A DNA stretch of 64,000 nt from a virus. Under the pieces are notes generated by a model. That model saw nothing but the letters and a program-made list of their open reading frames with translations. It did no database searches and was not told where the DNA came from. This document shows, in pieces, positions 53,002-63,871 of the stretch. The DNA is taken from the IMG/VR virus record IMGVR_UViG_3300046780_000733. One strand, 5' to 3'. Both the position numbers and the translations under genes were made by a program. Position 1 is the stretch's first letter; every line of letters starts with the position of its first letter.

Positions 53002-56000
53002 TCAAAGTTGGAACAAGGGGACGAACTCAAACTGGTACATCAGCCCCCACCTGAACAGGTCCGTGCCGTAGAACTTCTGACCGGTTCGGATCGGGGGCGT
53101 GGTGGGTTGGCGATTACATCCTTGCTCATCACCGGTCATCCACGAGAGGGGTTCTCGGGTTGACCTGCGGTTCTGGTTCGGGGAGTCCACGGTGTCTTGC
53201 AAAGCGCGTCCAAACCTGCGCACCGTTGTCTCATCGGCCCCGTACACCGCGAGCTGGACGAAGATCCGGTTGTGCTCGACGGCCTCGCCGGGCTGGCTCT
53301 CGACGTAATTCTCGATCAGGATAAACGGCAGCGCGACCTTGCCACCTGGCCACGTCGTGAACACGCGCGGCACGCCCCCGTACAGGGCCTTCAGTTGAGG
53401 ACTCAACTGGATGGTCACCGTCAGCGCCGCGAGGAACGTGCGGTACACGGGGCCGAAGATGATCCGTCCCCCCTCCGACATGCCGCCGGTGGCGACCACG
53501 AAGTAATTGGAGCCACGAAAGATCGTCCCGCCCAGCCTGAAGCCACCGCTGGTAATGACGTTCAAGGCATTGGAGTAAGTAGCAACGCCACCCAGCCGTT
53601 CGCCGCCGGCCCATCGCAGGGAATTCCCCTGGGTGTAGACGCCGCCGTCGCTTATGCCTCCAATGGCGCTGACGGTGTAGAATCCGTGGACGGGTCCGAC
53701 GCCACCCAGTTTCACGCCACCCGAGAAAGTCGGAGCGCTCGCACCGACCCCGGCATTCCAATCGATGAATGCCTGCCCGCGCACGGAGTCAACCTGGATA
53801 TCCTGATCCAGCATCGTCCCGCTATCCAGGCCCCGGCCTGGCGCGACATAGAATGGCGAAGAAGGATTCACGCTGAAATGGCGGTTGTTGGCCGCGCCGT
53901 TCAAGCCGTCTCCGAGGCTGTGCTTCTGGGTTCGCACGTGGTAATCACCCCAGGCGAGCGGCCAGCCAATCCCGATCCCGTACTTGTGCAGATTCTGAAA
54001 TCCATGATCCTGGAGGATCTTGTACCACCCTTGCTCGGCGTGATAGTAATTCGGGTTGTACTGGATGTCATGGCTTCGCTCGTCATGGTGAATCGACCCA
54101 TTCGGAGATGCCCATTCGAGGTTCCCCTCATAGCCGATCATGATGGCATTCTTGCCATTGGCCTGGTTGTAAGCGGTGACCGCATCTGAGATGCTTTTGA
54201 TCCAGGTCACCATCCCTGTTGAATCGTACGTGATGTCGTGCAACACCATCTCGGCGGCCTGATCGTCGTCGCACGCGTTGAAGGCCGCGACGGTGTTCGC
54301 GATGCCGCTGCCGCTCATGCCCAGCGAGTAATAAGGGGCGCACGCGACCGCGTCGAGAGGCTGTCCCTGGGCGAGCGCAAAATTCAAGTAAGGGGTCACC
54401 TGGGACGGCCCGTTGTTCATCTGGCAGTTGACCGTCCCCATGATCTCGGAGCCGCGACCTGCTGCCGTGAAGACGTCGCGGAAAATCTTGTGAACCTGTA
54501 TTGCTCGATAGATGTAATAGTCGCGGTAATCGTGAAACTGGATCAGGCTGGAGGGCACCGCCATCGTGGTCATGAACGTGCTGAAAAGCCACGCCTGGAA
54601 TGGGGGTGAGAAGTTCCAGGGCTCGTTCTGGTGCTCCACGTAAATCTTCCGCCCGGCCGGGAATCCGTCCCTCACCTTCCAGGCGTACGCATAGACCATG
54701 TCGTCGCAAGCATCTTTGGGGATGTTGATGTGCAGGTTGGCGTGGGGGAACCTGGCAACCATCCCGATATAGACGTCAAGCGGCATGCGAGGGAAGTACC
54801 ATCGCAGAATGTAAGTCGAGGCCGGATCAAGCGTGTAGGTAGTGCTCGGCTTGGTCCCGCTGGGCTTCGATGGGTAGTATCCGGACCAGATCGACACGAA
54901 TGTAGTGGGGCCTGTGACGTAGATTTGACTGAGCCCGACATTGTTCGCCACCGTCCCGTCGGCCATCGTGATATTGATGACGCCTTGCGGGTAATAGCCG
55001 TGCAAAGTCGTCATGCCGTGAGGTTGGTTGCACGTCATGAACAGGGGCGCGGTGAACGGCGCGGTGCCGTCAGCGGACACCTTGTTGCTGATCGGCACTC
55101 GCCCGAAGACGGTGACAGTGCCTGGCGAGTGAGGGGCTGGAGTGGTTCCGTTCGATCCCCTGTACAGCGTCACCGCGGTCCCTGTAACGCTGATGACCCT
55201 CATGATCTCGGAGTCGATCTGGATCTCCAGGCCAGCCATCAAGGGAGCCGTGGCGGCATCGGAGAAGTGGTAGACCTCATTGGTCCCGACGGCGGGGGTC
55301 GTTGAGATCGTGTCGGTCAGGGTGGCCGAGAACAGGTTTGCGGACTGACGGAACTGCGCCGAGTAGAACCATGGCGTTGCCGTGACGTCTACCGGGCCGA
55401 TCGACGTGAATCCCACGTTGGGCAGTTCGACGGGGTTGAACCCCCACCAGAATTCTTGCGTGTCCGGGATCAGGAGTTCCGGGTAAGGGTAGGTCTCGCA
55501 GGCACCTCCGCAAGCCGTCATGTCCACGGCTCTCATGCTGCCAATGCTTTGCCTGACACGATCCAAATAAATCCTGGAAAGCGCGAATTGATCTGAGCGG
55601 TCAAAGACCGCGGACCCGTTCACGGCATCCCATTCTCCTGGCAAGTAGATCCAGAGATTATCATAGTTTGGAGTTCCTGTGAACGATGGGTCGTCGCAAT
55701 TGATCCCCACTCCACATCCGCCGTAAGCCGTCTTGTAGTCGCTGCTGGCCACGTAAGAGATGTCGTAGGCTCGCACGTATCCGACGCCGCCGGACGGAGA
55801 GACATCATAGGTCGGATCGTGAGTCACCGTGACCCTGGCGGTGTTATTGCTCTGGAGCGAGAACATGGCCGGGCCAGGGCTGCCGGTGTGGGTAGCGTCC
55901 CATACCAGCAGGGCTTTGCCAGCTTCGCAGGGCTGGTTGGCCACCTCGAAACCGTGTCCAGGGTGAAACTTGCCGTAGCCGTTGTTTCCGGCCGTCTTGA

Positions 56001-57105
56001 ACTTGGTATTGAGGAATGGGTAATACTCCGAGCCTCCGGGAGACGGATGGTTGAATCCCATTCGCAGCGTCTTGGACAGGCTCTCTACCTGGACCGACGA
56101 CCTGCCGCTGCGATTGTCGATCGTCGCCGACAACGCACCCACCGATCCTGACGGCGTATTGGCCCATGCCGGCGGCGCCGTCAGGATCACGACGTCTCCG
56201 GGATTGATCATCACGTTTCCCGGCGTTGACCACACAATGGACCAATGGAACCCGGTGAACCAAGGATTTGTCAGCGCGCCAAGGTCCGTGCCGTTAACGT
56301 TGATCGTCGGGGTCGTCAACAACTGAGACGGGACCACCGCCGATCCATCCGTGTTGAGCGTGAACGTGGTCGCGATCGACTTGCCGCACCCGGTCACGTA
56401 GGGATGCGGAGTGACCGTGGGTGCCCATACCAAAGGATCTGCATACGTCGCCGTACCCGATCCCGTCACCGATGCAAAGTCAGCTCCGGTGCCGTAGAAG
56501 TTCTTGAGCCCGTTGTCGCCGACTGCCGCGGCAACGCCCGTCGTGCCGGCCATCGTCCACTGGCAACGCCATGGCGCCCCGGTGCCGATCGTCGTCGGGT
56601 CTCCGTTGTTCGTGAGGAAGGCTGCGTCACCACTGGTCAGCCCGTAATTGTCCCAGGCGTTGTAATCGCCGATCGTGTAGGTGACGAGGCTCTGTGCCGC
56701 GTACGGCCCAAGCCAGATGGGATCGATGCGATTGTTCGTGAGCCCGGAAATGTGCCCTAGAATTTGCGGGACACCGTTGATGTACGCCGTCTGCACTCCA
56801 TTTGTGCCGTCCCACACGAGACAGATTACGTAGACGGTCCCCACAGTGAGAGGAATGTTCGCCGAGACCGACCCTCCAACTCCGTTCAGTTGTAAGCTGA
56901 GGTTGCCGGACGTCGTCGCCGAACCCCAGAACGAATGAACGAAGTCGAAGATGTTGCGAACCAGGATATTGACGGTGCCGCCGAAGTTGGCTGCCGGAGA
57001 ATCGAGGCGCAACTTGAACGACTGGCTGGCGACAGGCACATTATAGAACATGTGCGACACGTTGGGTGTCGCGAAGTATCTCAGGTTGCTGAATTGGATC
57101 GCCAT
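53002..57105 (-). CDS. Large virion/tail-associated protein (LamG-like N-terminus, glycan-active-like core, tail-terminator-like C-terminus)
   Basis: ICLVWDG...YING; YVEHQNEPWN and IGYEG; C-terminal LPFILI...VQLAVYG; T/G-rich. Confidence 0.6.
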   Translation of the reverse strand: MAIQFSNLRYFATPNVSHMFYNVPVASQSFKLRLDSPAANFGGTVNILVRNIFDFVHSFWGSATTSGNLSLQLNGVGGSVSANIPLTVGTVYVICLVWDGTNGVQTAYINGVPQILGHISGLTNNRIDPIWLGPYAAQSLVTYTIGDYNAWDNYGLTSGDAAFLTNNGDPTTIGTGAPWRCQWTMAGTTGVAAAVGDNGLKNFYGTGADFASVTGSGTATYADPLVWAPTVTPHPYVTGCGKSIATTFTLNTDGSAVVPSQLLTTPTINVNGTDLGALTNPWFTGFHWSIVWSTPGNVMINPGDVVILTAPPAWANTPSGSVGALSATIDNRSGRSSVQVESLSKTLRMGFNHPSPGGSEYYPFLNTKFKTAGNNGYGKFHPGHGFEVANQPCEAGKALLVWDATHTGSPGPAMFSLQSNNTARVTVTHDPTYDVSPSGGVGYVRAYDISYVASSDYKTAYGGCGVGINCDDPSFTGTPNYDNLWIYLPGEWDAVNGSAVFDRSDQFALSRIYLDRVRQSIGSMRAVDMTACGGACETYPYPELLIPDTQEFWWGFNPVELPNVGFTSIGPVDVTATPWFYSAQFRQSANLFSATLTDTISTTPAVGTNEVYHFSDAATAPLMAGLEIQIDSEIMRVISVTGTAVTLYRGSNGTTPAPHSPGTVTVFGRVPISNKVSADGTAPFTAPLFMTCNQPHGMTTLHGYYPQGVINITMADGTVANNVGLSQIYVTGPTTFVSIWSGYYPSKPSGTKPSTTYTLDPASTYILRWYFPRMPLDVYIGMVARFPHANLHINIPKDACDDMVYAYAWKVRDGFPAGRKIYVEHQNEPWNFSPPFQAWLFSTFMTTMAVPSSLIQFHDYRDYYIYRAIQVHKIFRDVFTAAGRGSEIMGTVNCQMNNGPSQVTPYLNFALAQGQPLDAVACAPYYSLGMSGSGIANTVAAFNACDDDQAAEMVLHDITYDSTGMVTWIKSISDAVTAYNQANGKNAIMIGYEGNLEWASPNGSIHHDERSHDIQYNPNYYHAEQGWYKILQDHGFQNLHKYGIGIGWPLAWGDYHVRTQKHSLGDGLNGAANNRHFSVNPSSPFYVAPGRGLDSGTMLDQDIQVDSVRGQAFIDWNAGVGASAPTFSGGVKLGGVGPVHGFYTVSAIGGISDGGVYTQGNSLRWAGGERLGGVATYSNALNVITSGGFRLGGTIFRGSNYFVVATGGMSEGGRIIFGPVYRTFLAALTVTIQLSPQLKALYGGVPRVFTTWPGGKVALPFILIENYVESQPGEAVEHNRIFVQLAVYGADETTVRRFGRALQDTVDSPNQNRRSTREPLSWMTGDEQGCNRQPTTPPIRTGQKFYGTDLFRWGLMYQFEFVPLFQL

Positions 57106-57156
57106 CGGTTGCCCCTGGGTGAGCGGTGTCTACCTATTGGCAAATCGCGGAAGCCG

Positions 57157-57564
57157 TTACGGATTTGGCGTGTAGCCGAGGCAGGTGAAACAGTCGAGGT
57201 GATTCACGAGCCCTTCCCGGCCTTTGCCGAGCGCGCACTTGGCCATGCCGCCACAGCCACAACCCGTCTCGTCCGTTCGATACGGACATTCTTTCATCCG
57301 CTTGAGCAGATCCAGGGACTGCTCGAACGGAATCAGGGAGCGGGAAGCGGCAGGCAGCACACGCGCCATGGATGGTCTCGTGACCTCTGAGACGACCGGA
57401 GGGACCGAAGGAAGGTTATCGGGGATCGGCAGGTTGGCCTTGATGGCGTTGATCGAGATCACCGCGCGAATCTTCACGGGCTCTCCCGATGCAGCCATCT
57501 CGCAGTAGTGGCCACCGAGGCATGGCGAATCAGGGGCAACGGGGCAGTGCTCGCATCGACTCAT
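57157..57564 (-). CDS. Cys-rich hypothetical protein
   Basis: CEHC...C...C; CPYR...CGC...C...CFTC. Confidence 0.65.
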   Translation of the reverse strand: MSRCEHCPVAPDSPCLGGHYCEMAASGEPVKIRAVISINAIKANLPIPDNLPSVPPVVSEVTRPSMARVLPAASRSLIPFEQSLDLLKRMKECPYRTDETGCGCGGMAKCALGKGREGLVNHLDCFTCLGYTPNP

Positions 57565-57568
57565 AGGA

Positions 57569-58720
57569 TTAACTGCTCACCGTGATTGCCGTGCCACCAG
57601 GCGGTGGCGGCGCGTAAGAGCAATAGTCGTTGCAGTACACGTTGACATCTCCGGTAATATCGTTCGACGACAACGGGGGCGCCTCGAATCCCCACACTGG
57701 CACGCCTGGGCAGAAAAGCCCAAATCCGTTCACGCTTGCCGACGGCAGCAACGAAAACGACTGACTGAATGAGAAATTACACACTTCGTAGCCAATGTAA
57801 TTGCGCGCCACTGCGACCGCACCAAATGAACCTCCGTAGAATAATTTCCGCGTGTAATTGCCGACCGTGGACGGGGTGTACACGCATCCGCCGCCCCCGG
57901 AAACGGCGTTGACAGTCCCAGACTCTCCGTAGTCGAAGCAACACCCGAGGCCGCACAGGGGATCAGGAGGACAATCTATGAACTGAAAACCCTGGCACCA
58001 CCAACTGGGTGGAACCGTAAGCAGGTGGCGGCACCACGGAGGGCCAAGTACGTCCGTGAACTCGCAGCACATCCCGAACGCCCACGTGGCCGACAGTTGC
58101 CAGTACCATCCACGATCGTCGAAACCGCACTCCAGGAAGTAACTCGGGCCACCAGGTCCAGCATTGTCCGTGTATGTAGACTGGAGCAACTGTGCGTATG
58201 CTTCGTCGCAGTCGAGTTCGCAGTAGCAGGTTCGATCACCCGTGTAGCGAAGTTTCCCCATCGGAGTCGTCGTGCAAACCCCGTTGGTGTGGGGGATGAT
58301 TCCCGACGTTGCCGCCGATCCTCCGCAGCCAATAGGCACCGTCCCCAGGCTGTCCGTCAGGAATAGCGGACCCGGGAAATTTCCGTAGCCCGGGCAGCAG
58401 CACCATCCTGGTGGAGTCGATGGGCTGACGTTGAACTGGTGTCCGGCGCAGTCCACGCCGAGATCCACCGATCCCGCGAGGAAGCACTGGACCGCACCGT
58501 AGGTCACCGTGTACGTGCCAGGCCCGCACTTGTTGGGGAATGTGATCTGCCCCTTGCCGTCCGACGCACCAGTGAACACAATCATCCCAGTGGCCTTGTA
58601 CGTCACCGTGGCAGGCACGTTGGGCAATGCAACGCCTGATCCGCACGCGCCGATGAAAGTCACCGTGCTGTCGTGGGTCGTGCAAACCAGGTTGAACGTG
58701 AGTTGAAAGCCGTCCATCAT
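57569..58720 (-). CDS. Cys-rich putative virion protein
   Basis: 27 Cys in 383 aa; Ig-like N-terminus. Confidence 0.65.
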   Translation of the reverse strand: MMDGFQLTFNLVCTTHDSTVTFIGACGSGVALPNVPATVTYKATGMIVFTGASDGKGQITFPNKCGPGTYTVTYGAVQCFLAGSVDLGVDCAGHQFNVSPSTPPGWCCCPGYGNFPGPLFLTDSLGTVPIGCGGSAATSGIIPHTNGVCTTTPMGKLRYTGDRTCYCELDCDEAYAQLLQSTYTDNAGPGGPSYFLECGFDDRGWYWQLSATWAFGMCCEFTDVLGPPWCRHLLTVPPSWWCQGFQFIDCPPDPLCGLGCCFDYGESGTVNAVSGGGGCVYTPSTVGNYTRKLFYGGSFGAVAVARNYIGYEVCNFSFSQSFSLLPSASVNGFGLFCPGVPVWGFEAPPLSSNDITGDVNVYCNDYCSYAPPPPGGTAITVSS

Positions 58721-61143
58721 CCCTCGATCGTGTACGTGATCCCGGCGTTCAGATACTGTACGAAGAGAGGTTTACACACATAGTAGATGGGGTTCGTGAG
58801 TATCGCGACACCAGTGATCCCCAGGCCAAGGCACGTAAGCGTGTATCCCGGTGCTGTCCAGGATGGGATCGTGCCCGACAACGAGTAGGCCAGCGTGGTA
58901 GATCCCGCAGTCGGTCCGTCCCACGAGAGATTGATGTCTCTGCGTGGGATCGGGCACGGGAAACTCGACGCACAGCACGCGACGCGATTCTGGGCACTGA
59001 TGGGGATCGAGACCGTGACCGTCGTCGAGGGCGGGGGGATCGGTGTGGCAGTCCCGCATACCGAAGTATCGGGGTTCAGGGTGAACGTCGCCGTCACCGC
59101 GGAGCCGTCGCACGTCGGGGCCACCGACTGGGTCCATGTATTGACCAGAGCGAGAGTCACCGACGACTCTACATTGCCCGTGAAGTACCCGCACACGGAA
59201 TCGTCGTAGGGGCAAACGGAGATCGGATACGTCCACACCTGGAGTGTCAGATTGTCGCCGTCGCAGAACACAACGTAGTAGTAGATGACGGAAGCCGGTC
59301 CAGGGATGCACTCGTTCGAGAAACTATCATCGCCGTACGCGGTTTGCGACAGAAACTGTTGCCTCGACGTCAAGAAAAAGCTTCTGCTGTAATCATAGGT
59401 GAGCGGGAACGACCCGTGGGAATCCCTGGCCGTGCCACCGATCACGTCGATGTCAGCGTCGCATGCTGTGCACGGTACTGTTTCGATGCACGTCGCGCCG
59501 CAGGTGACGTTGATCTCCTGCCTCGGCGGCGGATCAGCGCAGCTCACTTGCTGGCACCCAGGAGCCGTGGCGTAGATCCAGTATTGATCCGGAGACGGCA
59601 TGTCCATGCAGCACGTGCCGGTCGATGGAATCGTGCAGGAACCGACGACCTTGTTGTTGCGGTCCACCATGGTGACAACCGCACCCTTCACGTAAGGGTT
59701 CGCGACAACAGAGGCAGTCAATGTGGCCAATCCGACCGGCCTGGTCACGGTGCCGATGGGCGGCGAACCCGGAAAAGTGCGACCACTGCTGTCTCCGTAC
59801 CGAGTAGGCTCCGAGAACGAAAATGTATTGGTGAACGGCGTGCACGCTGGTTTGACAGCGGATTCATATTCGACGAAGATTCCAGTCCCGCTGCCAAAAG
59901 CCGCGTCCGCGAACGAGGAGAACGTCTGATAGGCGAGCAACAATGGCTTGGGGTCGATGAGCCCACCGCTGTTGGCGAAAAAAAGAGTGATGTTCCCGGG
60001 AGAGTCGGGTGTGATCGTGAATGTCTGGGGGTCGGAACTGTTATTCCACGTGAGAACGATGCTTCCGCTGATAGTTACCGTGCCCGTGTAGACTCCATCC
60101 GGAGTGACAACGAAGTCACCGCTCTCGACGTTCGGCGACCCCCAGTTCGGAGACGGAGGGTTCACCGCGTACGCCCCAGCCACCCCTGGGACTCGGACTG
60201 TGTAGAACTGAGGAGGCGGGTTTGCTAATCCGCCATTGTTCGTGGCGGTCAAGGTCACGATGCCCGAACCCGTGGGGTGAATCTTGAACGTCTGGGTCTC
60301 GTTGGTCCCGTTCCATGTGCCCACGAACGACGTCGATATCCCAGCTCCGACCACCGAGACGGTGATCGTCCCGGAGTACGGGTCATTGGGCGTGATGCCG
60401 AAGTCGCCGCTGTCGTTGTCCGTGTTCCCGACCGGAGGATCGGGTGCCGAGAACAGGAACGGAGCCGGCCCGTACTGGCCACCAGGGCAGATGTCCGCGT
60501 AGACTCTCATGACCAGAGAGACCGTGTCTGGATTGAACTTCCAGTAGTACCCGTACTGGCCTGATCCACTCACTGTCCCTTCACAGAGACGATCTGGGTT
60601 CCAAAGATTTGTCGATGCAAACGCGTGAATCGATGTGCCCAGAAATGGTCCAGGCTGCCACCCAAGAGCCCAGCTCGACGACCACGGATATGCGCCCAGG
60701 GCATCCGTGACCATGTAGTCGTAGGCGATGTATTCATCACACGCCGGGCAGTAAATAGAGTTGTCGGGGCCGGTCCCGCAGTAGTCAACGACGGTGACAC
60801 AGATCTTGCCGCAACTGGTCCCGCTACAGCAGGTCTCAGCGACCCATCGCCCGCCCACGGCCTTGCAGACGAGCTTGTCGCCGACAGACGGCACCTTGGG
60901 GCCGAGAACGGCCACGTAGATTTCGCGAGTCGCGGCGGTCACGGTCGCGGACCCGCCCTCGGCTGGGGGATCGCCGCCGAATGTCACCGGGTTCACCTTC
61001 ACGTACCCCGGCAGCGACGCACCAGGAGAGCCCGTGACGATCCCCGCCATGAGCCGCGGGGGAATCGTACGCTCCTTGAGCAACTGGATACCCTGGCGGA
61101 TATCCAGCATGTCAACCCGAAACTGTCTCAGATCCTCGGACAT
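58717..61143 (-). CDS. Cys-rich putative tail fibre with internal Ig-like repeats
   Basis: Two SGDF..TP...YxGT.T.S...TWN....QTF.I.P...G..TL...N.GGL..P repeats. Confidence 0.65.
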   Translation of the reverse strand: MSEDLRQFRVDMLDIRQGIQLLKERTIPPRLMAGIVTGSPGASLPGYVKVNPVTFGGDPPAEGGSATVTAATREIYVAVLGPKVPSVGDKLVCKAVGGRWVAETCCSGTSCGKICVTVVDYCGTGPDNSIYCPACDEYIAYDYMVTDALGAYPWSSSWALGWQPGPFLGTSIHAFASTNLWNPDRLCEGTVSGSGQYGYYWKFNPDTVSLVMRVYADICPGGQYGPAPFLFSAPDPPVGNTDNDSGDFGITPNDPYSGTITVSVVGAGISTSFVGTWNGTNETQTFKIHPTGSGIVTLTATNNGGLANPPPQFYTVRVPGVAGAYAVNPPSPNWGSPNVESGDFVVTPDGVYTGTVTISGSIVLTWNNSSDPQTFTITPDSPGNITLFFANSGGLIDPKPLLLAYQTFSSFADAAFGSGTGIFVEYESAVKPACTPFTNTFSFSEPTRYGDSSGRTFPGSPPIGTVTRPVGLATLTASVVANPYVKGAVVTMVDRNNKVVGSCTIPSTGTCCMDMPSPDQYWIYATAPGCQQVSCADPPPRQEINVTCGATCIETVPCTACDADIDVIGGTARDSHGSFPLTYDYSRSFFLTSRQQFLSQTAYGDDSFSNECIPGPASVIYYYVVFCDGDNLTLQVWTYPISVCPYDDSVCGYFTGNVESSVTLALVNTWTQSVAPTCDGSAVTATFTLNPDTSVCGTATPIPPPSTTVTVSIPISAQNRVACCASSFPCPIPRRDINLSWDGPTAGSTTLAYSLSGTIPSWTAPGYTLTCLGLGITGVAILTNPIYYVCKPLFVQYLNAGITYTIEG

Positions 61144-61151
61144 GATTCCTC

Positions 61152-61484
61152 TTAGCAGTACGCGAACACCCACCGACCACCCGTACTTGTTGCGATCCTC
61201 ACCGTGCCCACCGGAGGCACCTTGGAGCCGGCGTTCCACACGTAGACGATGCGGGTTGGCGTCTCGGGCTGAACCACGGCATTGCTGCCCTCGACAGTGG
61301 GTCCGCTGATCGAGCAAGGGTTGCAGGCGTAGTAGGCCTGGGGAATGGTCGGGTACGAATCCTTGGTGGTCGTCTTGACCAGGATCTCGCGCGGAGGCAT
61401 GCTCTGAGTCATACTTTGGATGGTGCGCAGCTCATCTCGGGCATCGAGGATGTCGATCCTGAGCTGGCGATCTATCTCGTCCAT
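61152..61484 (-). CDS. Small structural protein, paralog of the N-terminus of 58717-61143
   Basis: RQLRIDILD/RQFRVDMLD; GSKVPPVG/GPKVPSVG; GGRWV shared. Confidence 0.7.
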   Translation of the reverse strand: MDEIDRQLRIDILDARDELRTIQSMTQSMPPREILVKTTTKDSYPTIPQAYYACNPCSISGPTVEGSNAVVQPETPTRIVYVWNAGSKVPPVGTVRIATSTGGRWVFAYC

Positions 61485-63871
61485 CAGTGTGCTCCGCCGT
61501 GTGCTCTCCCGTGGTGCAGTCTTGCCTGCAACGCGGTACGGCGAGCCATGGGGTCGGCCCGCTCGTCGGTCAGCGTCACCGTCGTGGTTTGCTGGCCCTC
61601 GCAGGTCCACGCGATCGACTGGATTCGAGAGTATCTTGGTGTCTCGCCCTGGCCAGCACCAGAGTTGATCTGCATATTGACGTCGCGGCCGTCAATCGAC
61701 TCCACGGTCATGCCCACGTTGTACGCGGTCGAGAATCTCGGGATCGTGAAGTTGCCTGCGTGCGAACCAGATTCATGAGATCTCTGGTATCCCTGCATGA
61801 TGTTCTTGGCGACCTTGGTGTCGTCGCGAGCGTAATAAAAATCCTTGGCGTTACCCTTGTCATCTTTGAATTTGTCCGGCGAAACGTCCTTGGCAATCAT
61901 CGAATACTTGGTTGCGATCTGCTTCTTCCATCGATCACGCTGATCGAGTTTTCGGCGGATACGGTATCCAGTGAGCGACGAATCCCTTCTGGGTAGGACG
62001 AGGTCAATGTCATGATCAAACTGAATCACGCATGTCAACGCAAAGATAATCCCACGTCCACCGTTTGTGAGCCACTGGACGACATTAAGAAGGCCATTCT
62101 CGTTCTCGAAAACCTCAGTGAGAGGCTTCTCGTCGTGCTTCAGGGGGTTCCCAGCCGAAAACCCGTTTGGATCAAAGCATGTGAGTTGGATGCCGATGCG
62201 GTCATCGAGCAGACTGTACTCGGTGGAAGATACCAGTTGCCATTTGCCATCGCCGTTCCATATAATTGGAATCCGGCTCGGTGGGCTACCATCAGCATCT
62301 TTTGTGTAGTTTTTGTAATCCGACACGTGAAGTTGGTATCGATATGCCTGTCCATCCGGTAATTTGGAATGCAATTGTCCGATCGGCTTCCTCTTGCGAT
62401 GCAGGAATTTGAAGTCTTTTAATAGAGGACGGTCCCTGTCGTCGATGGTGAATAGTTTGTAGAACTTCGTGTCGAGATCTTGACTAGACATGTTTTTGGC
62501 TTGGGCGTCCCATACCTCGGCGCCGTTCTCGCCAAAGATGAACCTTCGATATTTGAGCCGGTTGTCGGGGCCATCTCCTCCGTCCATGAACAACGGAAGA
62601 TTCTCTAGGTCCGCGTCGTCTATGGGGAACCCTGGTGCCAGCAAGAACGTGGCCTCATACTCTACCATCGCGGTGTCAATCTCGAACTCGTTGGCGACAT
62701 GAACGGCATCCCGTGCCATGCGAATCGCGCCGACATTGGTCTGGCCTGGATCGAGGTCACTCCTGGGTTCCTGGAGACGCAATGTCGTGGTGAGCTTGTC
62801 GTCATCCTCCCGGTAGAAGGTCATGATCCACTCTGGGAGCTGGTTATCCTCGTTGACCTGGATGTCGAACCGATAGTGGAACCCGAACGGGCGGATCAGC
62901 CTCGAAACCGCCTCCGGCCACGAGATCCCTGTCACCTCGACATCGGGGCACATGATGTTGACTTTGTCGTAGGTTTCAGGATCGTGGAGGTCGATGGGGC
63001 CACCGTCGTCCTTGGGGACGATGGCCTTGAGCAACTTGGTGAGATCGACGAAGTCAGGAACCTTCACGTACGGCAATGGGTAATCGTGGGCGACGTCTCG
63101 CAGGTCGGGAGCACCCTGGAGCCCGAGAGGATGCTCGATTCCGACGAGCACGCAATACTGGACGGCCATGGCCAGGGTCCAGAGTTGCGCCCTGGGATTC
63201 GAGGCTTCCTCTGGGTCGTCTACCGACGTGAACGGATACGCGGTGTCCCCGTCCGCGACGAAGTAATAGTCGCCTTTGATCTGAGGCGTCTCGTTGTCGT
63301 CATCCGGTGCATTGTCTGGCTGCGCGTTCGCTTTCCCCAGAGGGTTGAATCTTGCAACCGTATCCGTGTAATACCACGAGGGTTTCGATGTTTCATCTTC
63401 GTCCTGCCACAGCGCCCCCGGGAGAACGAAATCCCACTCGCGAAACGGAGTCCCCATCGCCGTGACCACCACTGTCTCCGTGTTGCCATCCACGATCGCC
63501 TGAGGTTGCGTCACGAAGCCATCGAACACATAGAGGAATTCTCCGTCACCGAGATCGCGGATTACGACGATGCGATCATCTACATGAAGAACCTCTTCTC
63601 GATCTGGAGGATTTCCGTATGCCTGGTCGAACCGCGTCGGAAAGTTGCCGGGCAGAAAATTGGGGTCGAACCGATAGCGGAACGTCGCCACTGGGGGGTT
63701 GGCATCTTCGCGGATCGTGATATTGGTCACGACGAGATTGGGCTGCGGCTGCATGAACCAGCTATTATCACCTTCTGCCTGGGACCATCGGAAGACGCCC
63801 AGCATCTCCGATGGACGCCCCAACGGGATTTCGTCCGCATTGAGATCGCCTGTGCCTGCATCGCCTGGCAT
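61484..63871 (-). CDS. Putative tail tip/baseplate hub protein
   Basis: ~795 aa; VFDGFVT..Q; C-terminal Y.VG..VESIDGR...I.W.....TTV.L hub-like pattern. Confidence 0.55.
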   Translation of the reverse strand: MPGDAGTGDLNADEIPLGRPSEMLGVFRWSQAEGDNSWFMQPQPNLVVTNITIREDANPPVATFRYRFDPNFLPGNFPTRFDQAYGNPPDREEVLHVDDRIVVIRDLGDGEFLYVFDGFVTQPQAIVDGNTETVVVTAMGTPFREWDFVLPGALWQDEDETSKPSWYYTDTVARFNPLGKANAQPDNAPDDDNETPQIKGDYYFVADGDTAYPFTSVDDPEEASNPRAQLWTLAMAVQYCVLVGIEHPLGLQGAPDLRDVAHDYPLPYVKVPDFVDLTKLLKAIVPKDDGGPIDLHDPETYDKVNIMCPDVEVTGISWPEAVSRLIRPFGFHYRFDIQVNEDNQLPEWIMTFYREDDDKLTTTLRLQEPRSDLDPGQTNVGAIRMARDAVHVANEFEIDTAMVEYEATFLLAPGFPIDDADLENLPLFMDGGDGPDNRLKYRRFIFGENGAEVWDAQAKNMSSQDLDTKFYKLFTIDDRDRPLLKDFKFLHRKRKPIGQLHSKLPDGQAYRYQLHVSDYKNYTKDADGSPPSRIPIIWNGDGKWQLVSSTEYSLLDDRIGIQLTCFDPNGFSAGNPLKHDEKPLTEVFENENGLLNVVQWLTNGGRGIIFALTCVIQFDHDIDLVLPRRDSSLTGYRIRRKLDQRDRWKKQIATKYSMIAKDVSPDKFKDDKGNAKDFYYARDDTKVAKNIMQGYQRSHESGSHAGNFTIPRFSTAYNVGMTVESIDGRDVNMQINSGAGQGETPRYSRIQSIAWTCEGQQTTTVTLTDERADPMARRTALQARLHHGRAHGGAH

